Notes: a model not told the origin generated them from the letters alone. Positions 43,373-53,128 are shown, counted from the first letter of the whole stretch. The stretch is 60,002 nt of DNA, filler included, from 5 parts of 5 records of this genome joined end to end with filler, not necessarily neighbours in it; one strand, 5' to 3'. Program-made: numbers and translations.

Positions 43373-44440
43373 TTAGTTATTTTCATCGGCAAAACCGTCG
43401 AAATACCAATCTAGCGTCTCGCCAGCATGAAACGGAACAAGAGAATTTTCCATCTCATTCGGCACATCCACAGGCCTCTTTGCCAAAATTATATATTTTG
43501 TGTTTACGGGCAAACCGTAAAACTTTGGGCCATTTTCCGATGCAAAGGCTTCCAGGTGCGCAAGAGCGCCCTCTTCCTCGAAGGTTTTTGCGTAGCTTTC
43601 CATTGCATGAGGTGCGTTGAATATGCCTGCACAGCCACAATCTGACTCTTTACGATCACGTGTGTGGGGTGCCGAATCGGTTCCCAGGAAAAACTTGGCG
43701 GACCCCGAAGTGGCCGCACGCCTTAAAGCAAGCCGGTGTTGCTCGCGTTTAGCAACAGGCAAACAATAATAGTGCGGTCGAATACCGCCTTTAAACATTG
43801 CGGTCCGGTTAAATTCAAGGTGATGCGGCGTGATGGTGGCCGCCATATTCGCACCGCTGGCCTCAACAAAGGCCACTGCATCTGCAGTGGTTATATGCTC
43901 AAAGACAATTTTCAATTCAGGGAAGTCAGCAACCACATTTTGCAGCGTGCGCTCAATAAACACAGCTTCCCGGTCGAAAATATCAATGTCCGCGTCGGTC
44001 ACTTCACCGTGCACAAGCAACGGCATACCAATGCGCTGCATGGCTTCAAGCACCGGGTATATGAAACAAATATCGGTCACACCGTGGTTTGAATTAGTTG
44101 TCGCATTGGCCGGGTATAATTTGCAGGCCGTAAACACACCCGAGAGAAAACCGCGCTCAACTTCAGCAGCATCAATGTCATTGGTTAAATAGCATGTCAT
44201 TAACGGCGTGAAATTTATCTGAGGCGACACAGCCGCCTGAATGCGCTTGCGGTATGCCTCTGCACCGGCAACTGTTGTTACCGGCGGTGACAGATTCGGC
44301 ATAACAATAGCGCGGGCAAACTGCCTTGCGGTATAATCAGCAACCACATTCAGCATGGCATCATCGCGCAAATGTACGTGCCAGTCGTCTGGTTGGCGGA
44401 TAATTAAGCGGTCTATAGTTGTGGTGTCAGATACTGTCAT
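43373..44440 (-). CDS. pyrC: Dihydroorotase (homodimeric type)
   Basis: [27 protein letters not shown] and GTDSAPH. Confidence 0.96.
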   Translation of the reverse strand: MTVSDTTTIDRLIIRQPDDWHVHLRDDAMLNVVADYTARQFARAIVMPNLSPPVTTVAGAEAYRKRIQAAVSPQINFTPLMTCYLTNDIDAAEVERGFLSGVFTACKLYPANATTNSNHGVTDICFIYPVLEAMQRIGMPLLVHGEVTDADIDIFDREAVFIERTLQNVVADFPELKIVFEHITTADAVAFVEASGANMAATITPHHLEFNRTAMFKGGIRPHYYCLPVAKREQHRLALRRAATSGSAKFFLGTDSAPHTRDRKESDCGCAGIFNAPHAMESYAKTFEEEGALAHLEAFASENGPKFYGLPVNTKYIILAKRPVDVPNEMENSLVPFHAGETLDWYFDGFADENN

Positions 44441-44628
44441 TCTGTTCCCAATATAGCAAAATAAAGAAGTACTTTCTTCATACCGCCGCGTTGAAGCTGG
44501 CACAACTGCAATAGGTGTTTCATGCCATCAAACAAGGTTAATTTGCGCCCATCCCTTGCAACCAGACCAGAACTTGTTATTTGATCCTAACTGCAACCCG
44601 GCGAAACCCCATACCAAAGGACAAGTAT

Positions 44629-45423
44629 TTGGCTCATATACTTCAGCTTGAAAATCGCGGCGTTATTCGCCTTTCAGGGCCAGATGGCCGCACGTTGTTG
44701 CAAGGCTTGATTACCAATGACGTTGAAAAACTGGCGGATGATACAGCGCTATATGCAGGCTTGCTGACACCTCAAGGCAAGTTTCTATTTGATATGATCA
44801 TCGTTGCTGACGGCGACGACCTGCTGCTTGATGTAGAAGCCGCGCGGAAAGCCGACCTGATTCGCCGCCTCATGATGTATAAATTGCGGGCTGATGTTGA
44901 AATTGTCGATGAACCCACGTCTGTTTGGGCTTTATTCGACGGTGAGGCCGAGCACGGCGTCAGCTACAATGACCCGCGCCATAACAGCCTGCACAAACGT
45001 GTTATTGCGGCAGAAAACCCGACACCAACTGCAAAGCCGCTCGCTTTCACTGATTATGAACAACGTCGAATCCGGCACGGCGTGCCAGATGGCAGCCGCG
45101 ACATGGCGGTTGAGAAACATTTCTGGCTGGAAACTGCTGCCGAAAAGCTGAACGGTGTTTCTTTCACCAAGGGCTGTTTCGTTGGGCAGGAATTAACCGC
45201 CCGCATGAAACACCGAACAACGCTTAAAAAGAAACTAACGCCGTTTAAACTAAGCGGCGAGGCGAAAAGTGGAGACCCTATTCTAACGACAGAAGGTAAA
45301 ACGGCGGGAGAAATTCGCAGTGTTTCAAATGGGTATGCACTGGCATACTTCAGGTTGGAGCATGCAAAGGCAGGTTTAACTGTGAAAGGCCAGCCAGCAT
45401 CGCCTATAGATATTGCTGATTGA
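44629..45423 (+). CDS. ygfZ: Folate-binding Fe-S/tRNA modification factor YgfZ
   Basis: LQGLITND, LTPQGK and the signature KGCFVGQE. TTG start after AAGGA. Confidence 0.93.
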   Translation: MAHILQLENRGVIRLSGPDGRTLLQGLITNDVEKLADDTALYAGLLTPQGKFLFDMIIVADGDDLLLDVEAARKADLIRRLMMYKLRADVEIVDEPTSVWALFDGEAEHGVSYNDPRHNSLHKRVIAAENPTPTAKPLAFTDYEQRRIRHGVPDGSRDMAVEKHFWLETAAEKLNGVSFTKGCFVGQELTARMKHRTTLKKKLTPFKLSGEAKSGDPILTTEGKTAGEIRSVSNGYALAYFRLEHAKAGLTVKGQPASPIDIAD

Positions 45424-45441
45424 TTTTACCAGCGCGCCTAA

Positions 45442-45466
45442 TTGACAGGCTGATCATTTCTGTCAA
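45442..45466. promoter_or_regulatory. Inverted repeat TTGACAG-N11-CTGTCAA (candidate operator overlapping a -35 TTGACA)
   Basis: Perfect 7-bp arms with TGATCA in the spacer, about 45 nt upstream of the small ORF at 45510. Confidence 0.45.
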
Positions 45467-45509
45467 AATCAGATTTGTTCACTGCATGCCATCGTTGAAG
45501 GGGTTGAAA

Positions 45510-45632
45510 ATGAGCAAGTCTAAAAAACAGCGTGAAGCGGAAGCCCGCAAAGAAGGAGATGTAAAGCGTTTGGTGGTGCTTGCCGTTGCCGTTTCAGCCA
45601 TTATCATCACCATGTTTGTTATGGCAGAGTAG
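45510..45632 (+). CDS. 40-aa single-TM microprotein (hypothetical)
   Basis: GAAGGGG SD, a basic N-terminus and one C-terminal hydrophobic helix (LVVLAVAVSAIIITMFVM). Confidence 0.55.
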   Translation: MSKSKKQREAEARKEGDVKRLVVLAVAVSAIIITMFVMAE

Positions 45633-45638
45633 CCGAGG

Positions 45639-48308
45639 TTAGCCTCGCGGCTGCTTTAGCGCCGCCTGCGCCGCTGCCAAACGGGCGATCGGCACCCGAA
45701 ACGGTGAACAGCTTACATAATCAAGCCCGACATTATGGCAAAATTCCACACTGGCAGGGTCACCGCCATGCTCACCGCATATCCCCAGCTTCAGGTCTGG
45801 CTTGGTTAACCGGCCGCGCTCTGCGCCAAGTTTCACCAGTTCACCGACACCTTCCTGGTCGATGGAAACAAACGGGTCCTGCGCAAAAATATCGTCCTTG
45901 ACATATTGCTCAAGGAAGCGCGCGGCATCATCGCGGCTGATACCAATGGCTGTTTGCGTTAGGTCGTTGGTGCCGAATGAGAAAAAGTCTGCCGCATTGG
46001 CAATTTTGTCGGCACAAAGCGCCGCACGGGGCAGCTCAATCATGGTGCCGACCATATAATCAACGCTGTGGCCAGTTTCCTCGAAAACAGCAGCAGCAAT
46101 CGTTTCCACGTGCGTGCGCAAGGTCGCCAGTTCTTTTTCCGTCGCCACCAGCGGTATCATAATTTCTGGCACAACCGTATCGCCGGTTTCCTTTTCCACC
46201 GCAATGGCGGCTTCAAATATTGCCCGCGCCTGCATCTCGTATATTTCCGGGTAGGTAATGCCCAAGCGGCAGCCACGATGACCCAGCATTGGGTTAAACT
46301 CGTGAAGGTCAGCGGCGCGACGCTGCAACAGCGCAACATCACAGCCAATGGCTTTGGCCACATCGTCAAACTCGTCTTGCTCACGCGGCAGAAACTCATG
46401 CAGCGGCGGGTCAAGCAACCGAATGGTCACCGGCAGTCCGCGCATAATTTTAAAAATTTCAGCAAAATCACTGCGCTGCATGGGCAGTAGCTTTTCAAGC
46501 GCTTCCTTGCGACCGGCAACGTCCTCCGAGAGAATCATCTGGCGCACCGCTATGATACGCTCGCCTTCAAAGAACATATGCTCTGTGCGGCACAGGCCAA
46601 TGCCTTCGGCGCCGAACTCGCGCGCGGTTTCAGTGTCGGCAGGCGTGTCGCTATTGGTGCGCACCTGCATGGCACGGTAACTGTCAGCCCACTTCATCAG
46701 GGCGGCAAAGTCGCCGGCCAGTTCCGGCTGCAGCGTTTTAACCGCGCCCACCATCACTTCACCGGTTGAGCCGTCAATGGTGATCAGGTCGCCTTTTTTG
46801 ATCTCGCGGCCCATACAGGTCATCACACCCGCTTTGGCATCAATGCGAATTTGCCCGGCACCGGAAACACAGGGCGTCCCCATGCCGCGCGCAACCACAG
46901 CCGCGTGGCTTGTCATGCCGCCACGGGCGGTTAGAACACCGCGTGCCGCGTGCATGCCGTGAATGTCTTCGGGCGAGGTTTCGGTGCGACACAAAACAAC
47001 GTCTTTGCCGTCCCGCGCCCAAGCCTCGGCTTCATCCGAATCGAACACCGCAGCGCCCGCAGCAGCACCGGGGGAAGCCGGCAAGCCGCGCGAGTAAATA
47101 TCACGCGGTGCGTCAGGGTCGAGTGTGGGATGCAGCAATTGGTCCAGCGCGCCCGGCTCCACCCTCATCACAGCGGTTTTTTCGTCAATCAGGCCGTCGG
47201 CCACCATATCAACAGCAATTTTAAGCGCTGCCTTTGCGGTGCGCTTACCCGACCGGGTTTGCAGCATCCATAATTTGCCGCGCTGAACGGTAAATTCAAT
47301 GTCCTGCATGTCGCGGTAATGCTGTTCCAACTTGGTGAATACATCTGCCAGTTGGCCAAATACTTCCGGCATTGCTTCTTCCATTGAAGAGGCAGAAGCA
47401 CCGGCAGCTTCACGCGCCCGAATGGTCAGGTTCTGCGGTGTGCGAATGCCCGCCACCACATCTTCGCCCTGCGCGTTGATTAGAAACTCACCGTAAAATT
47501 CATTTTCGCCGGTAGACGGGTCGCGGGTGAAAGCCACACCGGTAGCTGACGTATCGCCCATGTTGCCGAACACCATTGCCTGTACATTAACGGCGGTGCC
47601 CCAGCTTTCAGGGATGTTGTTCAGCTTGCGGTAGGTTTTGGCGCGGTCGATGTGCCAGCTGCCAAACACGGCACCGATAGCGCCCCATAACTGCTTGCGA
47701 ACGTCCTGCGGGAAAGGTGTGCCTAGCTCTTCTTCGGTTTTGGCCTTAAAGGCGGCGGCGAGGGATTTCCAGTCATCCGCATCCAGATCTGTGTCCAGAT
47801 CAACGCCTTTTTCTTCCTTGTGATATTCGATAAGTTCTTCAAAGTGGTAATGATCAACGCCCAGCACCACATCTGAATACATTTGAATGAACCGGCGGTA
47901 GCTGTCCCACGCAAAACGCGGGTTTCCGCTGCCTGCAGCGAGCCCTTCAACAGTTTCGTCGTTCAGGCCAAGGTTCAACACAGTGTCCATCATGCCCGGC
48001 ATCGAAACCCGCGCGCCGGAGCGCACAGAAACTAAAAGCGGGTTTTCCTTGTCGCCGAACACAGCACCAGCGCTCGTCTCAATCGCGGCAATGGCGGCGT
48101 CTACCTGTGCTTCAAGCTCGGCCGGATATTGGCGGGCATTGTCGTAATAATAGGTGCAAACTTCGGTTGTGATGGTCAGGCCCGGTGGCACCGGCAAGCC
48201 CAGCGAGGCCATTTCAGCCAGGTTCGCGCCCTTGCCGCCCAAAAGGTTTTTCATGTCTGAACGCCCGTCGGCAACGCCGTCGCCGAAGCTATACACCCAT
48301 TTGCTCAT
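45639..48308 (-). CDS. ppdK: Pyruvate, phosphate dikinase
   Basis: LGGKGANL, SVRSGA, the phospho-His motif GGMTSHAAVVARG, GIGLCRTEHMF and GICGEHGG. Confidence 0.98.
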   Translation of the reverse strand: MSKWVYSFGDGVADGRSDMKNLLGGKGANLAEMASLGLPVPPGLTITTEVCTYYYDNARQYPAELEAQVDAAIAAIETSAGAVFGDKENPLLVSVRSGARVSMPGMMDTVLNLGLNDETVEGLAAGSGNPRFAWDSYRRFIQMYSDVVLGVDHYHFEELIEYHKEEKGVDLDTDLDADDWKSLAAAFKAKTEEELGTPFPQDVRKQLWGAIGAVFGSWHIDRAKTYRKLNNIPESWGTAVNVQAMVFGNMGDTSATGVAFTRDPSTGENEFYGEFLINAQGEDVVAGIRTPQNLTIRAREAAGASASSMEEAMPEVFGQLADVFTKLEQHYRDMQDIEFTVQRGKLWMLQTRSGKRTAKAALKIAVDMVADGLIDEKTAVMRVEPGALDQLLHPTLDPDAPRDIYSRGLPASPGAAAGAAVFDSDEAEAWARDGKDVVLCRTETSPEDIHGMHAARGVLTARGGMTSHAAVVARGMGTPCVSGAGQIRIDAKAGVMTCMGREIKKGDLITIDGSTGEVMVGAVKTLQPELAGDFAALMKWADSYRAMQVRTNSDTPADTETAREFGAEGIGLCRTEHMFFEGERIIAVRQMILSEDVAGRKEALEKLLPMQRSDFAEIFKIMRGLPVTIRLLDPPLHEFLPREQDEFDDVAKAIGCDVALLQRRAADLHEFNPMLGHRGCRLGITYPEIYEMQARAIFEAAIAVEKETGDTVVPEIMIPLVATEKELATLRTHVETIAAAVFEETGHSVDYMVGTMIELPRAALCADKIANAADFFSFGTNDLTQTAIGISRDDAARFLEQYVKDDIFAQDPFVSIDQEGVGELVKLGAERGRLTKPDLKLGICGEHGGDPASVEFCHNVGLDYVSCSPFRVPIARLAAAQAALKQPRG

Positions 48309-48405
48309 GTCTCAACCAGTCCTTGTTCCCGCGTCAGATAATCGGTTGACGCTTATATTTCACCTTACCCAAAGTGATCAGACCCCAAAAATTAGTGCGC
48401 AGTTG

Positions 48406-50742
48406 CTATCCTTCAATCAAACTGAAGTCAGCAACCGTATTCACCGCCGACCGAATTTCACTGAGAAGCGCCAAGCGGTTAGCCCGAACCGCTGCATCGT
48501 CATCGTTTACCTTTACCTTATCGAAGAAAGCATCAATCGGTGCACGCAACGTTGAAAGCGCCGCCATCGCCGCTTCAAAATCTTCACTTTCAAGTGCTTT
48601 TTCCGCATCTAATTTCGCGAACCCAAGGGCTGCAGTCAGCGCCCCTTCTTCTAGGGACACCAACAGCTTGCCCTCAACCGCTTGATCGTAGGCTTTGCTA
48701 TCTTTCTTTTCTTCAATTTTCAGGATATTCGCTGCACGTTTGTAACCAGCCAGCAAATTTACGCCATCATCACTTTCAAGGAATGGTGCAAGGGCAGAAA
48801 CCCGATTTAGGATACGCACAAGGTCATCATCGCCTTTAGCGAACACAGCATCAATCAGATCATGCCGCACGCCGTTGTCGCGCTGCTGCACTTTCAAGCG
48901 GTCTCCGAAGAAAGATAAACAATCTGTCGCGAATTCACTAGGTCGAGGAACAAACATGATTTTCGAGTGTTTAAGATCATTTTCAAGCAATGATTCATAA
49001 GCCTCCTTGAGATTCATTCCCATCTGAAGGACTTTTTGTTCCCATTCCTTGTCAGGCTCAGTCAAACCTAACTTCATAAGGAAAACGTCTGTTTTTTGAT
49101 CGTTCGCGCCGCATTCGGCAATCTTAGATTTATTTTTTTCCAGATTGTCTAGTTCTTCAGCGTCAGAAACCACTATGCCCCAATACTCCCAGCGTTCTTC
49201 CAGAGACATATCGAAGTATTTTTGCCTTTGTTGAAAAACATAACAACCAACCGCGTACTGAACCAGATCGGAAATTCCAATTATTAAATCGTTCTCTGTA
49301 ATCAAACGGATTACACCAAGTGCAGCACGGCGAAGCGCGAACGGATCTTTCGAGCCTGTAGGCTTTTGGTTGATGCCGAAGAAACCAACGAGTGTATCCA
49401 ACTTTTCTGCTAGAGCCACAGCAACTGAAACAGGCGCGGACGGGCACTCATCATTGGGGCCAAGCGGTGCATAATGGTCACGAATGGCAGCCGCGACCGC
49501 TTCACTTTCGCCCTGCTCCAGCGCGTAATAACGGCCCATCACGCCCTGCACTTCCGGGAATTCGTAAACCATGCCCGATACCAGATCAGCCTTACACAGT
49601 TCAGCAGCACGCTCAGCCTCATCGGCATCACAGCCGGGAATAAAGCCCGCCAGATAGCGGGACAGTTTCTTGATGCGTTCAACGCGCTCAGCGACAGTTC
49701 CCAGTTCTTTATGGAATACAATCTCTTCAAGCGCAGGCAAATTGTCTTCCAGCTTGCCCTTCAGGTCTTGCTCGTAAAAGAACTGCGCATCCGCCAGTCG
49801 CGCGGCCAGCACGCGTTCATTACCACCAGTAACAGCACTGCCATCATCGCTTGGTTCAATGTTGGCGGTGAAGATAAACTTGTTCGCCAGTTTGCCGGTC
49901 GCGGGGTCGCGGGTGACGAAATATTTCTGGTCCTTCTTCATGGTCAGGATCAGCACTTCTTCCGGCACTTCCAGGAAGTTGGCATCAAATGAACCAATCA
50001 TTGGCACCGGCCATTCAACCAGCCCGGCTACTTCGGCGAACAGGCCGGCATCTTCAACCAGCTCAAGCCCAGCGGCAGATGCCAGTGTTTGCGCGGTGTC
50101 GCGGATAAGCGTTTGGCGACGTGCAGGGTCAAGAACGACTTTGTGGTCCAGCAATTTCTGCTTGTAGTCAGCAAAGCCGGTAACCGTGAACTCACCAGGC
50201 GCCATGAAACGATGGCCGCGCGCAGAATCAACCAAAGAAATTGCAGGCGTATCCGTCGTCACCGCTATCCTATGATCAACGCGTTTTCCATCAAAGATTG
50301 CCAGTACAGAATGCAGCGGCCGTACCCAGCGAATTGAACCTGAACCCCACCTCTGAGATTTTTGCCATGGAAAATGCTGAAGTACGTTAATAATAGCATT
50401 TACAACAACTTCTTTGGTTGGAATCCCAGACTGCTCAATCACCGCATACAGGAACGTGCCTTTTTTATCTTCGCGCTCAACAAGGTCTTCGCGCGCAACG
50501 TCAGCACCGCGCAGAAAGCCTGCTATGGCTTGCTCGGGCGCATCAGCGCGCGGGCCGCGGCGTTCTTCGCTGATATCGGGGGTGGAGGTCGGCAGGCCAG
50601 TGACATGCAGCGCCAACCGGCGCGGCGTGGCATAAGCATCTGCCCCGTCAAATGAAAGGCCCGCCTCTTTCAGGGCCGCCGTCATCATGCGCTTCAGGTC
50701 ATCAGACGCTTTCGCCTGCATGCGCGCCGGGATTTCCTCGGA
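48406..50742 (-). CDS. glyS: Glycine--tRNA ligase beta subunit, 5' truncated, with a large in-frame insertion
   Basis: SEEIPARMQ at the contig edge, TPRRL, WVRPLH, GNERVLAARLADA, KADL, GSKDPFALRRAA and the C-terminal DALR domain (NRLALL). Confidence 0.96.
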   Translation of the reverse strand, partial: SEEIPARMQAKASDDLKRMMTAALKEAGLSFDGADAYATPRRLALHVTGLPTSTPDISEERRGPRADAPEQAIAGFLRGADVAREDLVEREDKKGTFLYAVIEQSGIPTKEVVVNAIINVLQHFPWQKSQRWGSGSIRWVRPLHSVLAIFDGKRVDHRIAVTTDTPAISLVDSARGHRFMAPGEFTVTGFADYKQKLLDHKVVLDPARRQTLIRDTAQTLASAAGLELVEDAGLFAEVAGLVEWPVPMIGSFDANFLEVPEEVLILTMKKDQKYFVTRDPATGKLANKFIFTANIEPSDDGSAVTGGNERVLAARLADAQFFYEQDLKGKLEDNLPALEEIVFHKELGTVAERVERIKKLSRYLAGFIPGCDADEAERAAELCKADLVSGMVYEFPEVQGVMGRYYALEQGESEAVAAAIRDHYAPLGPNDECPSAPVSVAVALAEKLDTLVGFFGINQKPTGSKDPFALRRAALGVIRLITENDLIIGISDLVQYAVGCYVFQQRQKYFDMSLEERWEYWGIVVSDAEELDNLEKNKSKIAECGANDQKTDVFLMKLGLTEPDKEWEQKVLQMGMNLKEAYESLLENDLKHSKIMFVPRPSEFATDCLSFFGDRLKVQQRDNGVRHDLIDAVFAKGDDDLVRILNRVSALAPFLESDDGVNLLAGYKRAANILKIEEKKDSKAYDQAVEGKLLVSLEEGALTAALGFAKLDAEKALESEDFEAAMAALSTLRAPIDAFFDKVKVNDDDAAVRANRLALLSEIRSAVNTVADFSLIEG

Positions 50743-50842
50743 NNNNNNNNNNNNNNNNNNNNNNNNNNNNNNNNNNNNNNNNNNNNTTAATTAATTAANN
50801 NNNNNNNNNNNNNNNNNNNNNNNNNNNNNNNNNNNNNNNNNN
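50743..50842. other. Artificial contig linker
   Basis: 44N-TTAATTAATTAA-44N. Confidence 0.99.
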
Positions 50843-50870
50843 ACTGGATCCCCGCCTGCGCGGGGATGAC
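50843..50870. repeat. REP-like palindromic repeat (reverse complement GTCATCCCCGCGCAGGCGGGGATCCAGT)
   Basis: ATCCCCGC-ctgc-GCGGGGAT hairpin flanked by CTGG and GAC. It resembles the GTCATyCC-N8-GGrATCC repeat family common in Alphaproteobacteria and sits at the contig break. Confidence 0.7.
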
Positions 50871-50931
50871 AAATGATGGGACGTCTGCCACTGATCCAGA
50901 AGGCAGAACAGTCAGCAAACAGGAACCACAG

Positions 50932-51435
50932 ATGGAAAAACTGGCGGGCGCGCTGGAGCGTGTCAATTCGGTAATAGGCAACACGCTGTGCTGGGCGGCG
51001 CTTCTGATGTTGCTGCTGCAATTCACGATCGTGCTGCTTCGCTATGTCTTTGGCTACAGCTTCATCTTTCTCGATGAAGGCGTGCTGTATTTCCACGCGG
51101 CGATCTTCATGCTCGGCGCCGGGTACACTTTCCTCGTCAATGCCCATGTGCGTGTCGACATCTTCTATGCCAGAAACAGCGAGCGCGCGCAGGCGTGGAT
51201 CGATATCTTCGGCCATCTGTTCCTGCTGACACCGGCTCTCGTCGTGCTGATCTGGTTTTCCTGGCCGTCCGTGCGCGGCAGCTGGGCCATTCTGGAAGGG
51301 CCGATTTCCGTTGGCGGCATCCCTGCCTCCTTCCTCCTTAAATCCCTCATTCCCGCCTATTGCGTGCTGCTGCTGATCCAGGGTGTGGCCGCCTTCATCC
51401 GCGATGTTCAGAAGCTGAAAGGCGTCAGCGCATGA
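50932..51435 (+). CDS. TRAP transporter small permease (DctQ)
   Basis: Four TM segments, VLLRYVF and HVRVDIFY. Confidence 0.9.
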   Translation: MEKLAGALERVNSVIGNTLCWAALLMLLLQFTIVLLRYVFGYSFIFLDEGVLYFHAAIFMLGAGYTFLVNAHVRVDIFYARNSERAQAWIDIFGHLFLLTPALVVLIWFSWPSVRGSWAILEGPISVGGIPASFLLKSLIPAYCVLLLIQGVAAFIRDVQKLKGVSA

Positions 51436-52982
51436 GCCTGCCTCTCGATCTCATCATGTTCGGCGCGCTGATCGCCTTCATTCTGCTCGGCTATCCCGTT
51501 GCCTTCACCATCGCGGGCGTCGCCACGGGCTTTGCCCTGCTCGGCTGGATGATGGGCGACTTCAACATTCAGCTCATGGGTGCCATGGGCCAGCGTTTCT
51601 TCGGCGTGCTCACCAACCCGGTCCTGACCGCAATCCCTCTGTTCGTCCTGATGGGCGTCATTCTGGAAAAGAGCCGCATCGCAGAGGATCTGCTGGAAAC
51701 AATGGGCCGGCTCTTCGGCCGCATGAGAGGTGGTCTCGGTGTTTCGGTGATGCTGGTCGGTGCCCTGCTCGCCGCGTCCACAGGCATTGTCGGGGCAACG
51801 GTGGTTGCCATGGGCCTGATCGCCCTGCCCACAATGCTGCGCAATGGCTATGACCCCAAACTTGCCTCCGGCATGGTCTGTACCGCCGGAACGCTCGGCC
51901 AGATCATCCCGCCGTCGACGCTGCTGATCATCCTGGCCGACGTCATGTCCAATGCCTTCCAGCAGGCGCAATACGCGCAGGGCAAGTTCACCATCGAGAC
52001 GATCTCGGTCGGCCAGACCTTTGCAGCCGCCATGATCCCGGGTCTGCTGCTCGTCGCCGTCTACTGCGCCTACATTGTCGGCCGGGCTTACCTGTTCCCG
52101 AACGACGCGCCAGCGATGTCGGAACATGTCGACCAGCCGTCAGGCCGGGAGATCGCTGCCGCCATCGTGCCGCCGATCCTGTTGATCGTTGCTGTGCTCG
52201 GTTCCATCCTCGGCGGCATCGCCTCGCCCAACGAGGCAGCTTCCGTCGGTGCCGTGGGCGCGATCCTGCTGGCAGGCCGCCGTCTCGGGGTGTCCTCAAA
52301 GCTCATCGTGCTGGCGACAGCTGCGCTCCTGACGCTTGCAATTGCCGCATCGATCCTGCCGATACGCCTGCAACGCTCAGATGTCACGGCCGGTGGCTAC
52401 GTTATCGCCGCTGTCTATGCGGGGCTGGCGCTGTTTTCCCTGGGCGTCGTTCTGCACATCCTGAGGAAGGCTTTCGCGGACGGGCTCCTGAAAGCTTCCA
52501 TGCTGTCCACGCTGACCGTCACCTCGATGATCTTCGCCACCATCCTGATGGCCAGCTTCTTCTCGCTGGTCTTCGTCGGTCTTGGGGGGGAAGACCGGGT
52601 CCATGACATCCTTCAGGAAATGCCGGGCGGTCCGACAGGCGCACTGATCTTCGCGATGCTGTTCGTCTTCGTGCTGGGCTTCTTCCTCGATTTCGTCGAG
52701 ATCTCGGTGATCCTGCTGCCGGTTCTGATCCCGCCCCTGATCCTGATGGGCATCGACCCGATCTGGCTGACGGTCCTGATCGCGATCAACCTGCAGACCT
52801 CGTTCCTGACCCCTCCCTTTGGCTTCTCGCTGTTCTATCTGAGAGGCGCGGCACCGAAGGAAATCACAACGGGCCAGATCTACCGCGGCGTCGTTCCCTT
52901 TATCATCCTGCAGATAGTCGCCGTCGCCATCCTCTGGACCTTCCCGATGTTCGCCACCTGGCTGCCCCGCTGGCTGTATTGA
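51432..52982 (+). CDS. TRAP transporter large permease (DctM)
   Basis: AIPLFVLMG, GTLGQIIPPS and NLQTSFLTPPFG. ATGA overlap with dctQ. Confidence 0.93.
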   Translation: MSLPLDLIMFGALIAFILLGYPVAFTIAGVATGFALLGWMMGDFNIQLMGAMGQRFFGVLTNPVLTAIPLFVLMGVILEKSRIAEDLLETMGRLFGRMRGGLGVSVMLVGALLAASTGIVGATVVAMGLIALPTMLRNGYDPKLASGMVCTAGTLGQIIPPSTLLIILADVMSNAFQQAQYAQGKFTIETISVGQTFAAAMIPGLLLVAVYCAYIVGRAYLFPNDAPAMSEHVDQPSGREIAAAIVPPILLIVAVLGSILGGIASPNEAASVGAVGAILLAGRRLGVSSKLIVLATAALLTLAIAASILPIRLQRSDVTAGGYVIAAVYAGLALFSLGVVLHILRKAFADGLLKASMLSTLTVTSMIFATILMASFFSLVFVGLGGEDRVHDILQEMPGGPTGALIFAMLFVFVLGFFLDFVEISVILLPVLIPPLILMGIDPIWLTVLIAINLQTSFLTPPFGFSLFYLRGAAPKEITTGQIYRGVVPFIILQIVAVAILWTFPMFATWLPRWLY

Positions 52983-53021
52983 GGAGTTTCTCGGCAAGCC
53001 GATAAAATTCACGATCTACCT

Positions 53022-53056
53022 AAAAAAGCCACAGCACCTTCCGCTGTGGCTTTTTT
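53022..53056. terminator. Bidirectional rho-independent terminator
   Basis: aaaaaagccacagc-loop-gctgtggctttttt. Confidence 0.85.
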
Positions 53057-53128
53057 GTGCGTGTCCATGTCGTACATGAGTTTCATTCTTTGGCATTTTA
53101 CGTTATTTTTTCCCATAGAGAGGGAGAA

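Noticed and set aside
48925-49284. glyS insertion as an intein or intron
   Set aside because: No C-terminal His-Asn plus Cys/Ser/Thr junction, no LAGLIDADG/HNH motif, shorter than typical mini-inteins, and the frame is open throughout.
53057-53128. ModE box or Moco/Wco riboswitch upstream of tupB
   Set aside because: The spacer is AT-rich, but I found no TATAT-N7-TAYAT palindrome, and it is too short for a Moco/Wco RNA motif.
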